From positions 99,603 to 163,602 of the forward strand of contig CAWDMN010000059.1 of the NCBI GenBank assembly GCA_963803155.1: DNA of 64,000 nt, given 5' to 3'. The position numbers and the translations under genes were made by a program. Origin of the DNA: an uncultured Acidobacteriota bacterium. GTDB lineage: Bacteria > Acidobacteriota > Terriglobia > Versatilivoradales > Versatilivoraceae. The notes under the pieces were generated by a model that was not told the DNA's origin, ran no database searches, and saw nothing but the letters and a program-made list of their open reading frames with translations. The first letter of the stretch is position 1, and each line of letters opens with the position of its first letter. Below, piece by piece: positions 39,821-49,387 of the stretch.

Positions 39821-41050
39821 ATGGAGGAGAGTGCCAACCAGAGGATGGGCCAGTCTAGTGCGCTTCAGGAACCACGACGAATTGTGAAGATCGAATGTCT
39901 TCAGCTCCGTTCCCCCGAACTGCGGCCAGATGATTGTGATGGAGCGGTGGATACTGCGGTAATCCGGGTCACCGCGGACAATGGGGAATTCGGGCTGGGG
40001 GAAACCGATGCTCCTCCCAACGCCGTTGCGGCATTGTTGGAAACGCCGACGGCTCACATTTGGAGTCGGAGTATCCGGGATTTATTACTCGGAGAAAACC
40101 CCCTCGAAGTGGAGAGTCTTTGGGATAAGGTTTACGAAGGGACAATCTATCATGGCCGGCGTGGGCTAGGCATTCTGTTAATGTCCGCCATTGATATTGC
40201 CTTGCATGATTTACGTGGGAAGTTGCTCCAATCGCCGGTGTATCGGTTGCTGGGTGGAGCGGCGCGCTCTGAAATTACTCCCTATGCTACACTCTTTCCG
40301 AGCATGCCCCAAGACCGGCCTTGGAGCGAAATGCGAATCGCTTGTATTCGCCTGATGGAACAGGCCCTGGAAATTGGCTTTCGCGCCGTAAAGATGGAAA
40401 TGCTCTTTTACAATTTGGTGTCGGATCGGGACCTTGTTCATTTTATCCATGAATGCCGCCAAATCGTGGGGGAAAAAACGGAATTTATGATTGATGTGGG
40501 TTACCGCTGGACAAATTTTAATGATGCCCTATGGGTTTTGCGCCGCATCGAAGATGACAAGCTGTTTTTTGTGGAGACGCCTCTGCATACGGACGATCTG
40601 GATGGATTGGCAAAGCTGGCGGACGCCACCACCACTCCCGTGGCGGCGGGTGAATTCCTGCAGACTCGCCACGAATTTCGAGAGTTGATGGACCGCGGAC
40701 ATTGCGATGTCATTCAACCGGACATGGGACGGGTCGGCGGTTTAACCGAGGCAATGCGTTGCGCTCGGATGGCCTTAGAACGTGGCCTTTACTGCGTTCC
40801 CCACGCTTGGAAAACAGGGCTTACCGTGGCTGCCACACGACATTTTGCCGCAGCGGCCCCCAGTTGTCCCTATGCGGAGCTATTTCACCAGGATCTATTT
40901 CCATCATTCCTCCGGTCGAAATTAGCCATGCCCGAAACCGAATTGCATGATGGAAAATGGTCGTTGCCCGAGAAACCAGGGCTCGGAGTAGAAATCGACG
41001 AGCAGATTGTGAAACAGGCGTTGGTAGGCTCTTCAACCTTGATTGTCTAG
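39821..41050 (+). CDS. Enolase-superfamily (mandelate racemase/muconate lactonizing enzyme family) sugar-acid dehydratase, e.g. L-rhamnonate/L-fuconate dehydratase-like
   Basis: KLFFVETPLHTDDLDGLAKLADATTTPVAAGE and DVIQPDMGRVGGLTE are metal-ligand and acid/base segments of the MR/MLE barrel. SD aggagga before the ATG at 39821. Confidence 0.7.
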   Translation: MEESANQRMGQSSALQEPRRIVKIECLQLRSPELRPDDCDGAVDTAVIRVTADNGEFGLGETDAPPNAVAALLETPTAHIWSRSIRDLLLGENPLEVESLWDKVYEGTIYHGRRGLGILLMSAIDIALHDLRGKLLQSPVYRLLGGAARSEITPYATLFPSMPQDRPWSEMRIACIRLMEQALEIGFRAVKMEMLFYNLVSDRDLVHFIHECRQIVGEKTEFMIDVGYRWTNFNDALWVLRRIEDDKLFFVETPLHTDDLDGLAKLADATTTPVAAGEFLQTRHEFRELMDRGHCDVIQPDMGRVGGLTEAMRCARMALERGLYCVPHAWKTGLTVAATRHFAAAAPSCPYAELFHQDLFPSFLRSKLAMPETELHDGKWSLPEKPGLGVEIDEQIVKQALVGSSTLIV

Positions 41051-41081
41051 CGGAAGGGTCCATTAACAGGAGGGAATTTCA

Positions 41082-41972
41082 ATGGCGGAAATTCAAATAG
41101 TAGCAAATTACGGTGATCTTTGTGGAGAGGGCCCGCTCTGGGACGAAATTTCAGGATCTCTTTACTGGATCGATGCTACAGGACAGAAATTCTATCGCTA
41201 TCACCCCATGTCGCGCCGGTCTGAGATTTTAAAAGAAGGGTTGGAAATCTATGGCTTTGCTTTCGACGATTCAAAGAATTTTATCATTACCAACACTTCT
41301 GGAATTTGGCTGTGGGATGGCCAAAAGGATCCGACCCTGATTGCTGCAGAGGCCCAAGGGATTAAATGTCAGATGAATGATTGCATCGCAGATCCGGAAG
41401 GCCGGCTGTTTGCGGGTTCATTTTATTATGACCCTACTTGCTCGTATCCCTTGGGATATCTAATGCGAATTGATCCTGATCACACGATCCATGTCGTAGA
41501 CGAAGGCATCCACTTGGCCAATGGATTGGGATTTTCTCCTGACGAAATGACCCTTTATTTTACGGACACAGTAGCCCGGATTATATACGCCTATGACTAC
41601 GAACGGACAACAGGTCAGGTAAAGAACCGTCGAGTTTTTGTGAAGGTATCGGAAGAGCAAGGAATCCCGGACGGATTGACTGTCGATGCTGAGGGATTCG
41701 TCTGGTCCGCACAATGGTATGGTAGTTGCGTCGTCCGCTATGATCCCGAGGGAAAAGAGGAGCGACGAATTCAGTTCCCCGCAAAACAGGTATCTTCATT
41801 GACGTTCGGAGGGGAATCACTCACGGATCTTTTCGTCACTTCGGCCGGCAAATCTGAGCCCATGCCCGTCATGCCTCCCGGCTATGATCCTTCCACGGGT
41901 CCCATGGGAGGCCAGCTTTTCCAAATCAGCCTCGATATTCAGGGCAAAGCCGAATTTAGGGCGAACTTATGA
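41082..41972 (+). CDS. SMP-30/gluconolactonase/LRE-like lactonase
   Basis: EGPLWDEISGSLYWIDATGQKFYRYHP is the classic SGL N-terminus. 296 aa. SD aggaggg. Confidence 0.65.
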   Translation: MAEIQIVANYGDLCGEGPLWDEISGSLYWIDATGQKFYRYHPMSRRSEILKEGLEIYGFAFDDSKNFIITNTSGIWLWDGQKDPTLIAAEAQGIKCQMNDCIADPEGRLFAGSFYYDPTCSYPLGYLMRIDPDHTIHVVDEGIHLANGLGFSPDEMTLYFTDTVARIIYAYDYERTTGQVKNRRVFVKVSEEQGIPDGLTVDAEGFVWSAQWYGSCVVRYDPEGKEERRIQFPAKQVSSLTFGGESLTDLFVTSAGKSEPMPVMPPGYDPSTGPMGGQLFQISLDIQGKAEFRANL

Positions 41973-42015
41973 GTCCCTTGGAGACTATCCGGTGTACTCC
42001 CGGATTGTTTCGACT

Positions 42016-42789
42016 TTAATATCCGTAATAGCGAATACCCAGACCGCCATCAACAATCAGGCATGTCCCAGTAATCCACTCGGAATCATCCGAAAGCAGG
42101 AACCGGACAGCCTTGGCCACATCCATCGGTGTTCCTCGCCGTTTGAGCGGATGCCATTCCTTTGTTTCGCGATCCATTTTTTCCGGGTCAGGTAAAGTGG
42201 TCAGCCATTCATCCCACATGGGAGTATCGATGTAACCAGGACAAATGACATTTGCCCGGATTTGGTAAGCCCCGTTTTCCAAGGCAATAGTCCGAGTCAG
42301 TGAGATCATTCCCCCTTTGCTGGCATCATAAGCGGCATTTCCCGCAAATCCAAAAAGCCCATGGACTGAAGAAATATTCACAATTGACCCTTCTGCCTTC
42401 TTCCGCATGGGAGGCAATACGGCGCGAGTGCATAAGAAGACGCTACGTAAGTTAACGGATTGGATTAAATCCCAATCCTCTGACGCCAGGGTTGAAAGAT
42501 CACTTTCCTTAACAATTCCGGCATTGTTGATCAGACCATAAACTTCACCCCATTGGGAAAGCGTCATCTCGACCATGCCGCAGACGCTATCTTCCCTGCT
42601 CACATCGGTTTCAATAAAAAGGGCTTCTCCACCAGCTCGCTTGATCTCGTCCGCCACGCGGGTTCCGCAACTCGGATCAATCTCCGCAATCACGACTCTG
42701 GCCCCATCCTTTGCCAACAACTCGGCGATTCCCCGGCCTATGCCGGAACCCCCACCGGTGACGATGATGACTCGTTGAGCAAGAGACAT
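42016..42789 (-). CDS. SDR-family NAD(P)-dependent sugar dehydrogenase
   Basis: TGGGSGIGRGIA Rossmann motif, NAG, and the YxxxK-type catalytic segment AAYDASK. Confidence 0.75.
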   Translation of the reverse strand: MSLAQRVIIVTGGGSGIGRGIAELLAKDGARVVIAEIDPSCGTRVADEIKRAGGEALFIETDVSREDSVCGMVEMTLSQWGEVYGLINNAGIVKESDLSTLASEDWDLIQSVNLRSVFLCTRAVLPPMRKKAEGSIVNISSVHGLFGFAGNAAYDASKGGMISLTRTIALENGAYQIRANVICPGYIDTPMWDEWLTTLPDPEKMDRETKEWHPLKRRGTPMDVAKAVRFLLSDDSEWITGTCLIVDGGLGIRYYGY

Positions 42790-42809
42790 GAAGTCTTCTC
42801 CAAACAAAT

Positions 42810-43880
42810 TTAGCGGACCGGCGTAATGGCGCCCGAATTCAGATCTTCATTCCGGGAGTGAAAGGGTCGGCAAGTTCCATGCTTTTCCAGCATCGTGGGA
42901 ATGATGATCTCCGGTATTCTCGTTTTGGGGGATTTAGTTTTCTGGACCGCCATCTTTGCTAATTGCCAGCCCACCTCATCACTATCCAGTTGGACAGTGG
43001 TCAACTGTGGAATTTTCAGCGGCGTATATTGTCCGCCAAAACCCACGAGGCTGACATCGCGAGGGACCTCCATTCCGTGCATTCGTAAAGTCTCCCAAGC
43101 GCCGTAGGCCACATCATCATTCCCCGCAAAAATGGCAGTGATGGGGTGTTTCTTTTCCAAAATTAATTCTAGATTGGCATGGCCATTATTAAAAGGATCG
43201 TCCGACAGGGAGGCAGTCTGAGCCAATGGCTCCAATCGATGGTCTGTCATAGCCTTGCAGTAAGCCGCATGACGAACCCTGAACCATGGCAATGTCACAT
43301 CGCCAATATACCAGATATGTTTGTGGCCAAGGTGAATCAGGTATTTGGTGACCTCATAAGAGCTGTTAAATTCTTCAAACCCGACTTGGTCGAAGGGTTC
43401 CCGTTTTTTTTCGGTTACATAATTATTGGCCAGCAAAACATAGGGAACACCTAATTCCTCGACGGCTGCAATGAAGTTGTCGTAGTTGGTGCCAGCGAGG
43501 ATGACACAGTCGGCAATCCCGTGACTTTGAAGCACACGGGGCAAGCGGAGATCTGAGGCTTTTGTATTGCGCATGTACTGGAACTTGGTATAAAGCACAA
43601 AAAAACCGGCCTCTTCGCAATACTCTTCAACCCCCTGCAAAATCCTGGAATGAATGGGGTGAGAAAAGGTCCGATTGCTCAAAATATAGGAAATGATGGG
43701 CGAGGCATCCCGAACAAAGCTCTGGGCGCGCGCATTGGGACGATAGTTGAGTTCGCGAATGACTTTTTCAACCCTCTCGCGAAGCCGCGGATTGACATCG
43801 GGATAACCATTGATGACACGGGATACTGTTCCCAAAGCCACACCAGCCCGCACAGCAACATCCTTGATGGTCACAGCCAT
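42810..43880 (-). CDS. LacI-family transcriptional regulator
   Basis: MAVTIKDVAVRAGVALGTVSRVINGYPDVNPRLRERVEKV is a LacI HTH. The periplasmic-binding-protein-like C-terminal domain is present. Confidence 0.75.
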   Translation of the reverse strand: MAVTIKDVAVRAGVALGTVSRVINGYPDVNPRLRERVEKVIRELNYRPNARAQSFVRDASPIISYILSNRTFSHPIHSRILQGVEEYCEEAGFFVLYTKFQYMRNTKASDLRLPRVLQSHGIADCVILAGTNYDNFIAAVEELGVPYVLLANNYVTEKKREPFDQVGFEEFNSSYEVTKYLIHLGHKHIWYIGDVTLPWFRVRHAAYCKAMTDHRLEPLAQTASLSDDPFNNGHANLELILEKKHPITAIFAGNDDVAYGAWETLRMHGMEVPRDVSLVGFGGQYTPLKIPQLTTVQLDSDEVGWQLAKMAVQKTKSPKTRIPEIIIPTMLEKHGTCRPFHSRNEDLNSGAITPVR

Positions 43881-44593
43881 AATCTCAGCATCTCCTGGAA
43901 TACCATGAGGATTGAAATCGAAGCGGAGGAGGGAACTTTTCCCCCTCCTCAATGAAATAGTTCATTAAACCATCCCACATTACTTCGCTTTAGGAGAACT
44001 GTCAAGAGCCTTTGGCATGTGTTCTCGTTCGTTTACTACTTCACACTAGAATAATCTCATCATGACAAACGTTAACAATGAAAGGAGTTAGCTAGACGTA
44101 GGCAATGCCTTTTGGAGACCCGTTGAGTTTTCTCTTATTCCTTTCGGAAATGTTCTTTTTTCTTGATTCTTAACGGTGAAATATTTCATCATAGAAGTGA
44201 ACTTCCCGTCAACCCTCAGTCAGAGGGGCGGATCAGCCTTAAAGCTCCAGAGGAAATGACATCGAGATTATTTTGACGGGATATATTTCTCGAAGGGCCT
44301 TCGCCCTCTTGAGAACAATGTTTATAGTTTATGCTATGGCATTCATTACAGACGTATTCCGACGAGCAGCGTGGGCATTTAGGGAACGAATATCCAGCAG
44401 AGCTTCGTTTCGGCATTTCAGAGTCGAAATATTCGCCCGTAAAAAAACCGATTCAAAGCTTTCGCCTTTTTCGGCTCAAAGAAGCTAATGGCCCCAACCG
44501 CACCCAGGCTATGGCTGTGGTATCCAGAGTAAATTGTCAAAGGCAGAAACGGTTTTCCCCGCCTTTTCGAAATGAAAGTACGATGTCTCTTTC

Positions 44594-45758
44594 ATGGGAG
44601 GGTCAATGAATTCACGTGAACGCATATTGACTGCTTTAAATCACCAAGAACCGGATCGGGTCCCTCTTGATCTCGGCAGCACACAAGTTACGGGGATTCA
44701 TCGAATTGCTTACCAGCAATGGAGGCAAGAGCTTGGGCTCCCCGCTACTGAACCATGGATTTGCGATGTAATTCAGCAACTTCCCTTCCCTGAGGATGAT
44801 TTTGTCGACAAATTGCGAGTGGATACGCGCGGATTATTCCCACGTTGCAGCCATAATTGGAAAATTGATTCTCGGGAATTGGACGGGGGTTGGGAATTTT
44901 TCGACGAGTGGGGAATTTGCCATCGAACTCAGAGTCCAGAAGGTTTTTATTATTCCACGATTCATCATCCGCTGGCCAATGTTGAACTCACACCCTCAAC
45001 CATCCAAGGCTTTCGCTGGCCGGATGCTTGCGATCCAGAAAGGATTGCCGGGCTGCGCTCTTTAGCGATGCAGTATCACAACTCTGGGAAAGCTGTCGTG
45101 CTAAAGGGGATCATGGCGGGCATCTTCGAAATGGCTCAGCGGCTTCGCGGCATGGAGAATTTATTGATGGATATGGCCATGGATGAACCAAGGGCGGAAA
45201 TGCTCTTCGATAAACTGTTGGAACTCAAATTGGGCTTCTGGGAAATGGCTCTCCCCCCGTTGGCCGATGTGATCGATGTTGTATCGGAAGCAGATGATTA
45301 CGGCACTCAAATTTCACAAATCATTTCTCCATCCATGTTCCGCCGCCAAATTAAACCGCGATTAAAACGACTTTTCGAACAGTTGCGTACCCTGGCTCCA
45401 AAGGTCAAGATCTTCTTCCACTCATGCGGCAATGTCCGACCGCTTTTGCCCGATTTTTTGGAGCTTGGAATTGACATTCTCAATCCGGTGCACACCAATG
45501 CAGCCGGGATGAATCCTGTACAACTGAAACATGACTATGGAAAAGAAATGGTTCTTTTGGGGAGGAGGAATTGACACTCAGCAAGTTTTGCCTCACGGCA
45601 CTCCGCAGGAAGTCAGAGAAGAAGTGCGCCGCAATTTAGACATCTTTGCACCTGGAGGCGGGTTTGTCTTTAATACCATCCATAATATTCAGGCGGATGT
45701 CCCGGTGCGGAATCTCATGGCTATGTGGGAAACTTTGCAGGAATATGGGAAATATTAG
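44594..45758 (+). CDS. Uroporphyrinogen-decarboxylase (URO-D/MtaA) family protein; reading frame broken by an apparent +1 T insertion near 45555
   Basis: MNSRERILTALNHQEPDRVPLDLG is a URO-D N-terminus. The C-terminus WGGGIDTQQVLPHGTPQEVREEVRRNLDIFAPGGGFVFNTIHNIQ continues in the +1 frame (ORF 45531..45758) after the run gttcttttgggg. Confidence 0.6.
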
Positions 45759-45943
45759 CTCTTGAATGGATCTCTTCAACGACCGGCAGGATGCTTTTCA
45801 ACATTGTGTCCGGACGATAATGGGTGATGGGCTTTGTTGATGAAAGAGAATCATGAACTGCACCAAATGAAGATTCCTACTTCTTTAATCTCAAAGGTTG
45901 GGAAAGACTCTTACGAAACTCGAATTTCAGAAAAGAGGGAAAA

Positions 45944-47293
45944 ATGAAAGATAAAGTCTCACGAAGAAATTTCTTGGGGAAGACAACCCTTGGGGTAATG
46001 GGAACAACTGCTGCGTTGAATTCCCGATCCTACGCCCGAATATTGGGTGCAAATGACCGCATCAACATTGCCTTTCTTGGTTGCGGCGACCGGAGCGGCG
46101 GACATCGGAACATGGTGGCAATGTCCGTCAAGGAAAAGAATCTCGGTGTCCTGGCAGTCTGCGATATCTGGAAACTGAACCGAGAAAAAGCGGCTCAGGA
46201 CTGCAAGACAAAATTCAACACAGACGTGAGACAATACAAATATTCCGAAGAGATGCTGAAAATGCCCGATCTGGACGCCGTGATGATCGCCACGGGGGAT
46301 CATCAACATGCCAAAATTCTTGCTGAAGTAGTTCAGGCCGGCAAACACTGCTATTGCGAAAAACCCATGGCCATCGATCTGGAAGACGCCAAATTGGCTC
46401 GCAGTGCGGTTCTGAAGTCTGATCAGGTAGTCCAAATGGGATCCCAATGGGTCAGTGACCCCTATCAAATAAAAGTCCGGGAGATCATTCGTTCCGGCAA
46501 ATTGGGACAGATCACCAAAATCGAACAGGTCTGGAACGACAACAAACCTCGTTGGCACAATCCCAGCGATCCAGATGTAGCGGCCATCCGAGAAGAAGAC
46601 ACCGATTGGAACCGCTGGCTCTTGGGGAAACCCTATCGTCCCTTCAATCCTTGGATGTATTTCGAATTCAGAATTTTTCGCGATTTTTCCGGAGGGATCA
46701 CCAGTCAATGGATGAGCCACGGCATTGGATTAGTGCACTTTTATACCGATACCGCAATCCCGGACTCAATGGTTGCGCAGGGTGGCATCTTTGCCTGGCC
46801 CGACATTCGACAAAATCCCGACACATTCCAAGCCCTAGCGACCTATCAGGATGCTAAGTTTTTGTATTCTTATTCCTCCACCTATGGAAACCGTTTTGGC
46901 GATTACAATTGCATCCGCGGCAAAGAGGGAACTTTGTTTGCGCAAGGAGGAGAAGGAGCTCCTCGGTGGTTCTTCATCTCGGAACACATGAAGGATGGGG
47001 AATTTGATTTCTATGGAGGTTTTGAACAAGAAATTAGAAAAGGCAGAGCTCAATTGATCACCCCGGAGGGAGAAAAAGGGAAACTGCCACCCACCGCTCA
47101 GAGTGACGACAGCAAATACCACCTCGATAATTGGATTGAATGTATGAGGGACCGCGCCCGCACTCCCAATGGCAACATTCACACCGGTTTTTGGCATTCA
47201 GTGGGAACAATCATGGCCACGCGCGCTTACCGGGAAGGAAGAAAACTCTATTGGGACAGAATGAAAGAGGAAATCACAGAACATCCAGCTTGA
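45944..47293 (+). CDS. Gfo/Idh/MocA-family oxidoreductase, Tat-exported
   Basis: Tat motif SRRNFLGKTTLGVMGTTAA. Rossmann segment INIAFLGCGDRSGGH. ...EKPMA is typical of this family. Confidence 0.7.
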   Translation: MKDKVSRRNFLGKTTLGVMGTTAALNSRSYARILGANDRINIAFLGCGDRSGGHRNMVAMSVKEKNLGVLAVCDIWKLNREKAAQDCKTKFNTDVRQYKYSEEMLKMPDLDAVMIATGDHQHAKILAEVVQAGKHCYCEKPMAIDLEDAKLARSAVLKSDQVVQMGSQWVSDPYQIKVREIIRSGKLGQITKIEQVWNDNKPRWHNPSDPDVAAIREEDTDWNRWLLGKPYRPFNPWMYFEFRIFRDFSGGITSQWMSHGIGLVHFYTDTAIPDSMVAQGGIFAWPDIRQNPDTFQALATYQDAKFLYSYSSTYGNRFGDYNCIRGKEGTLFAQGGEGAPRWFFISEHMKDGEFDFYGGFEQEIRKGRAQLITPEGEKGKLPPTAQSDDSKYHLDNWIECMRDRARTPNGNIHTGFWHSVGTIMATRAYREGRKLYWDRMKEEITEHPA

Positions 47294-47834
47294 TTGAATA
47301 TGGTTTGGCAGATGGAAACAAAACCTTTTCTGGAAAGCGATAATAAGCTCGATCTGGTTCGAATTAGTCGACTCGCACCTTTGCTTTCACGCGTCAGCTA
47401 GATGGATCATGACTGAGACCTCCTTGCGTATCGCTGTCACTTCACCTCCGTCAGTTTTCAGAGGGCATTACCCTCAAGTTTCAGGCACAAAATATACTCA
47501 TATGTCACCCACCTCCGTTAGTAGCCGCGATTCGACGATGATGAGTTGAAAACATCCTCCAAAAGATGGCCTTAACTCCAGATGGTCGCTAAAAATCCAC
47601 CACACAGTAAGTAGCCCAAAGACTCCTTATGTGAACTAACTTGTATTCAATTAGGAGAATTTGACCCATTATGGAGGGTGATTATGGAGGGTGGAGGGTC
47701 GGACCTTAATGTTTGCTAATTAGAATTGATTGCAGGATTAAATGAGAAAAACTTCAGTTTCTGCCAGTAGCACACGATTCCCTGTCGTGGGCATCGGAGA
47801 GTCGTCTAAGGTTGGAATCTTTCTCTGTTAAGGC

Positions 47835-47933
47835 TGGCGGAGGTGTGTGGGAATCGAACCCACCCATCCTGGCGCGAGGCCAGGACGCGCTGGTTTTGAA
47901 GACCAGGAGGATCACCAGACCCAATTCACCTCC
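47835..47933 (-). tRNA. selC: tRNA-Sec (selenocysteine tRNA, anticodon UCA)
   Basis: The reverse complement GGAGGTGA-AT-TGGGTC-TGGT-GATCC-..CTGGT-CTTCAAA-ACCAG-..TCCTGGC-CTCGC-GCCAGGA-..GTGGG-TTCGATT-CCCAC-ACACCTCC-G-CCA is 99 nt. It has a UCA anticodon in a CUUCAAA loop, a 7-bp long variable arm, an extended acceptor stem and an encoded CCA. Confidence 0.8.
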
Positions 47934-48173
47934 GGAAAAAAGTCAACAGATCAAGTTGCATGAGCAAAATTGCTTATTAACCACGAAGAATACTGAGAAC
48001 ACGAAGACAAAAAAGAAACAGATTCCCCGAATTTTTTCGGATAAAAGAAACACCATCTGAAAAATATTCACTCTTAAGCTGCTGCACCGGGCCAGGGATA
48101 AAACTCGTGTTGTCCGGTGAACAGCAACGATCATAGTATCGGATTCGGCCAGGATTGGCAATTGGGTTGAAAG

Positions 48174-48232
48174 GCTGAAGGATGAAGGATGAAGGATGAA
48201 GGATGAAGGATGAAGGATGAAAGGCCACGGAT
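48174..48232. repeat. Heptanucleotide microsatellite (GAAGGAT)x6-7
   Basis: gaaggatgaaggatgaaggatgaaggatgaaggatgaaagg, read directly. Confidence 0.9.
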
Positions 48233-48440
48233 AAATGGGGGAGGATAAGAGGCCGGTAAATAGTAGGCAGTGATCAATCGTAAGTGGATGACAGAAGGGA
48301 GTGACGAGTGACGAGTGGCAAGTGACAAGCGATATGGAATGAATAACGAGCGATCTGAATTACAGTTGTTATCAACCTCCGACTTTTTATGTCAAGTTTT
48401 CCCCATTCACCCATTATCCCTCTCCCACATCCCTCCAATC

Positions 48441-48544
48441 GTCCCTCATCCCTCATCCTTCATCCTTCATCCTTCATCCTTCATCCCTCATCCCTCATCC
48501 TTCATCCTTCATCCCTCATCCCTCATCCTTCATCCCTCATCCTT
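48441..48544. repeat. Heptanucleotide microsatellite (CATCCYT)x~14, inverted relative to the 48174 block
   Basis: tccctcatccctcatccttcatccttcatccttcatccttcatccctcatccc..., read directly. The two blocks form an inverted pair flanking a ~200-bp core with gagtgacga repeats. Confidence 0.9.
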
Positions 48545-48615
48545 TCAAAATCATTGCCTTTCCGAAGATTCCCCCGTACATTTATACTCGCAAACTGATG
48601 AGGAGTTAATGACAC

Positions 48616-49239
48616 ATGGTTGAAGAACTTGTATTGACGTTCCCGCGCCCTCTGCTGGATGAAATCGGCGCATTCCAAGGGCTGGAGACCCGCATTGATT
48701 CTTATATCCCACGAATCCTTGAGGCTCAAAACACTCGTTTCATCCCCAGGTCAAAGGCTGAAGAGGATCCATCCTTCAAACAAATTATTCCTTATGTCTT
48801 AATCAAAAAGGGAGAGACCCTATTGCACTATGTCCGCGGAAAAGCCTCGGGCGAAAAACGGCTGGTAGCCAAGGGTTCAATCGGCATCGGTGGCCACATC
48901 AATCACCGCGATGAAAACCTGTTCAGCACCGGATTGGACTATTACGAGGAAGCCGTCCAGCGGGAATTGCACGAAGAACTCCGGATTGACGGCCATTTTC
49001 GAACCAGGGTGATTGGTTTGATCAATGACGATTCCACTTCCGTGGGACAAGTTCATTTCGGAGTTGTTCATCTTTGCGAGTTGACCAACGAAAATGTTTC
49101 AAAAGGTGAGGCCTGTATTACGGATTTGCGTTTCTTAACCCTGGAGGAGTTGAAGGATCGGCGTGAGCTGATGGAAACTTGGTCCCAACTTTGCCTGGAC
49201 TTTGTGCTCAGAGACTGGCGGAAATTGTCGGACCATTAA
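48616..49239 (+). CDS. NUDIX-fold hydrolase-like protein (tentative)
   Basis: GGHINHRDENLFSTGLDYYEEAVQRELHEELRI resembles a Nudix box (Gx5Ex7REuxEE). 207 aa. Confidence 0.4.
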   Translation: MVEELVLTFPRPLLDEIGAFQGLETRIDSYIPRILEAQNTRFIPRSKAEEDPSFKQIIPYVLIKKGETLLHYVRGKASGEKRLVAKGSIGIGGHINHRDENLFSTGLDYYEEAVQRELHEELRIDGHFRTRVIGLINDDSTSVGQVHFGVVHLCELTNENVSKGEACITDLRFLTLEELKDRRELMETWSQLCLDFVLRDWRKLSDH

Positions 49240-49387
49240 TAAAACGAGATTGAAATGAGTGGAACGAGCGATTTGTTGCGATTCGCCCCGTAACCCGGCC
49301 TCCTCCGCCAGCGTGCATAGAATGCTCGCTCCACTTTCTTTACGGGGCCTGATGGTGCCGATAAATATAACCTTGAGGATCTGAATC

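Noticed and set aside
44216-44416. 66-aa minus-strand ORF with a CPRC-x5-CNEC zinc-ribbon-like motif
   Set aside because: No convincing ribosome-binding site. It overlaps two plus-strand ORFs of similar size. A four-Cys pattern can arise by chance in a short ORF. Left uncalled.
47300-47834. Possible integrated island or att direct repeat at the 3' side of tRNA-Sec (cacctccgtcag at 47443 and cacctccgttag at 47510 resemble the tRNA acceptor end)
   Set aside because: The matches are only 8 nt and are in the opposite orientation to the tRNA 3' end. No integrase gene is present on that side.
48131-48623. ORFs translating as SFILHPSSFILHPSS..., 'gene-like' strings of 60-100 aa on both strands
   Set aside because: They are translations of the heptanucleotide microsatellite; the periodicity is 7 nt, not codon-based.
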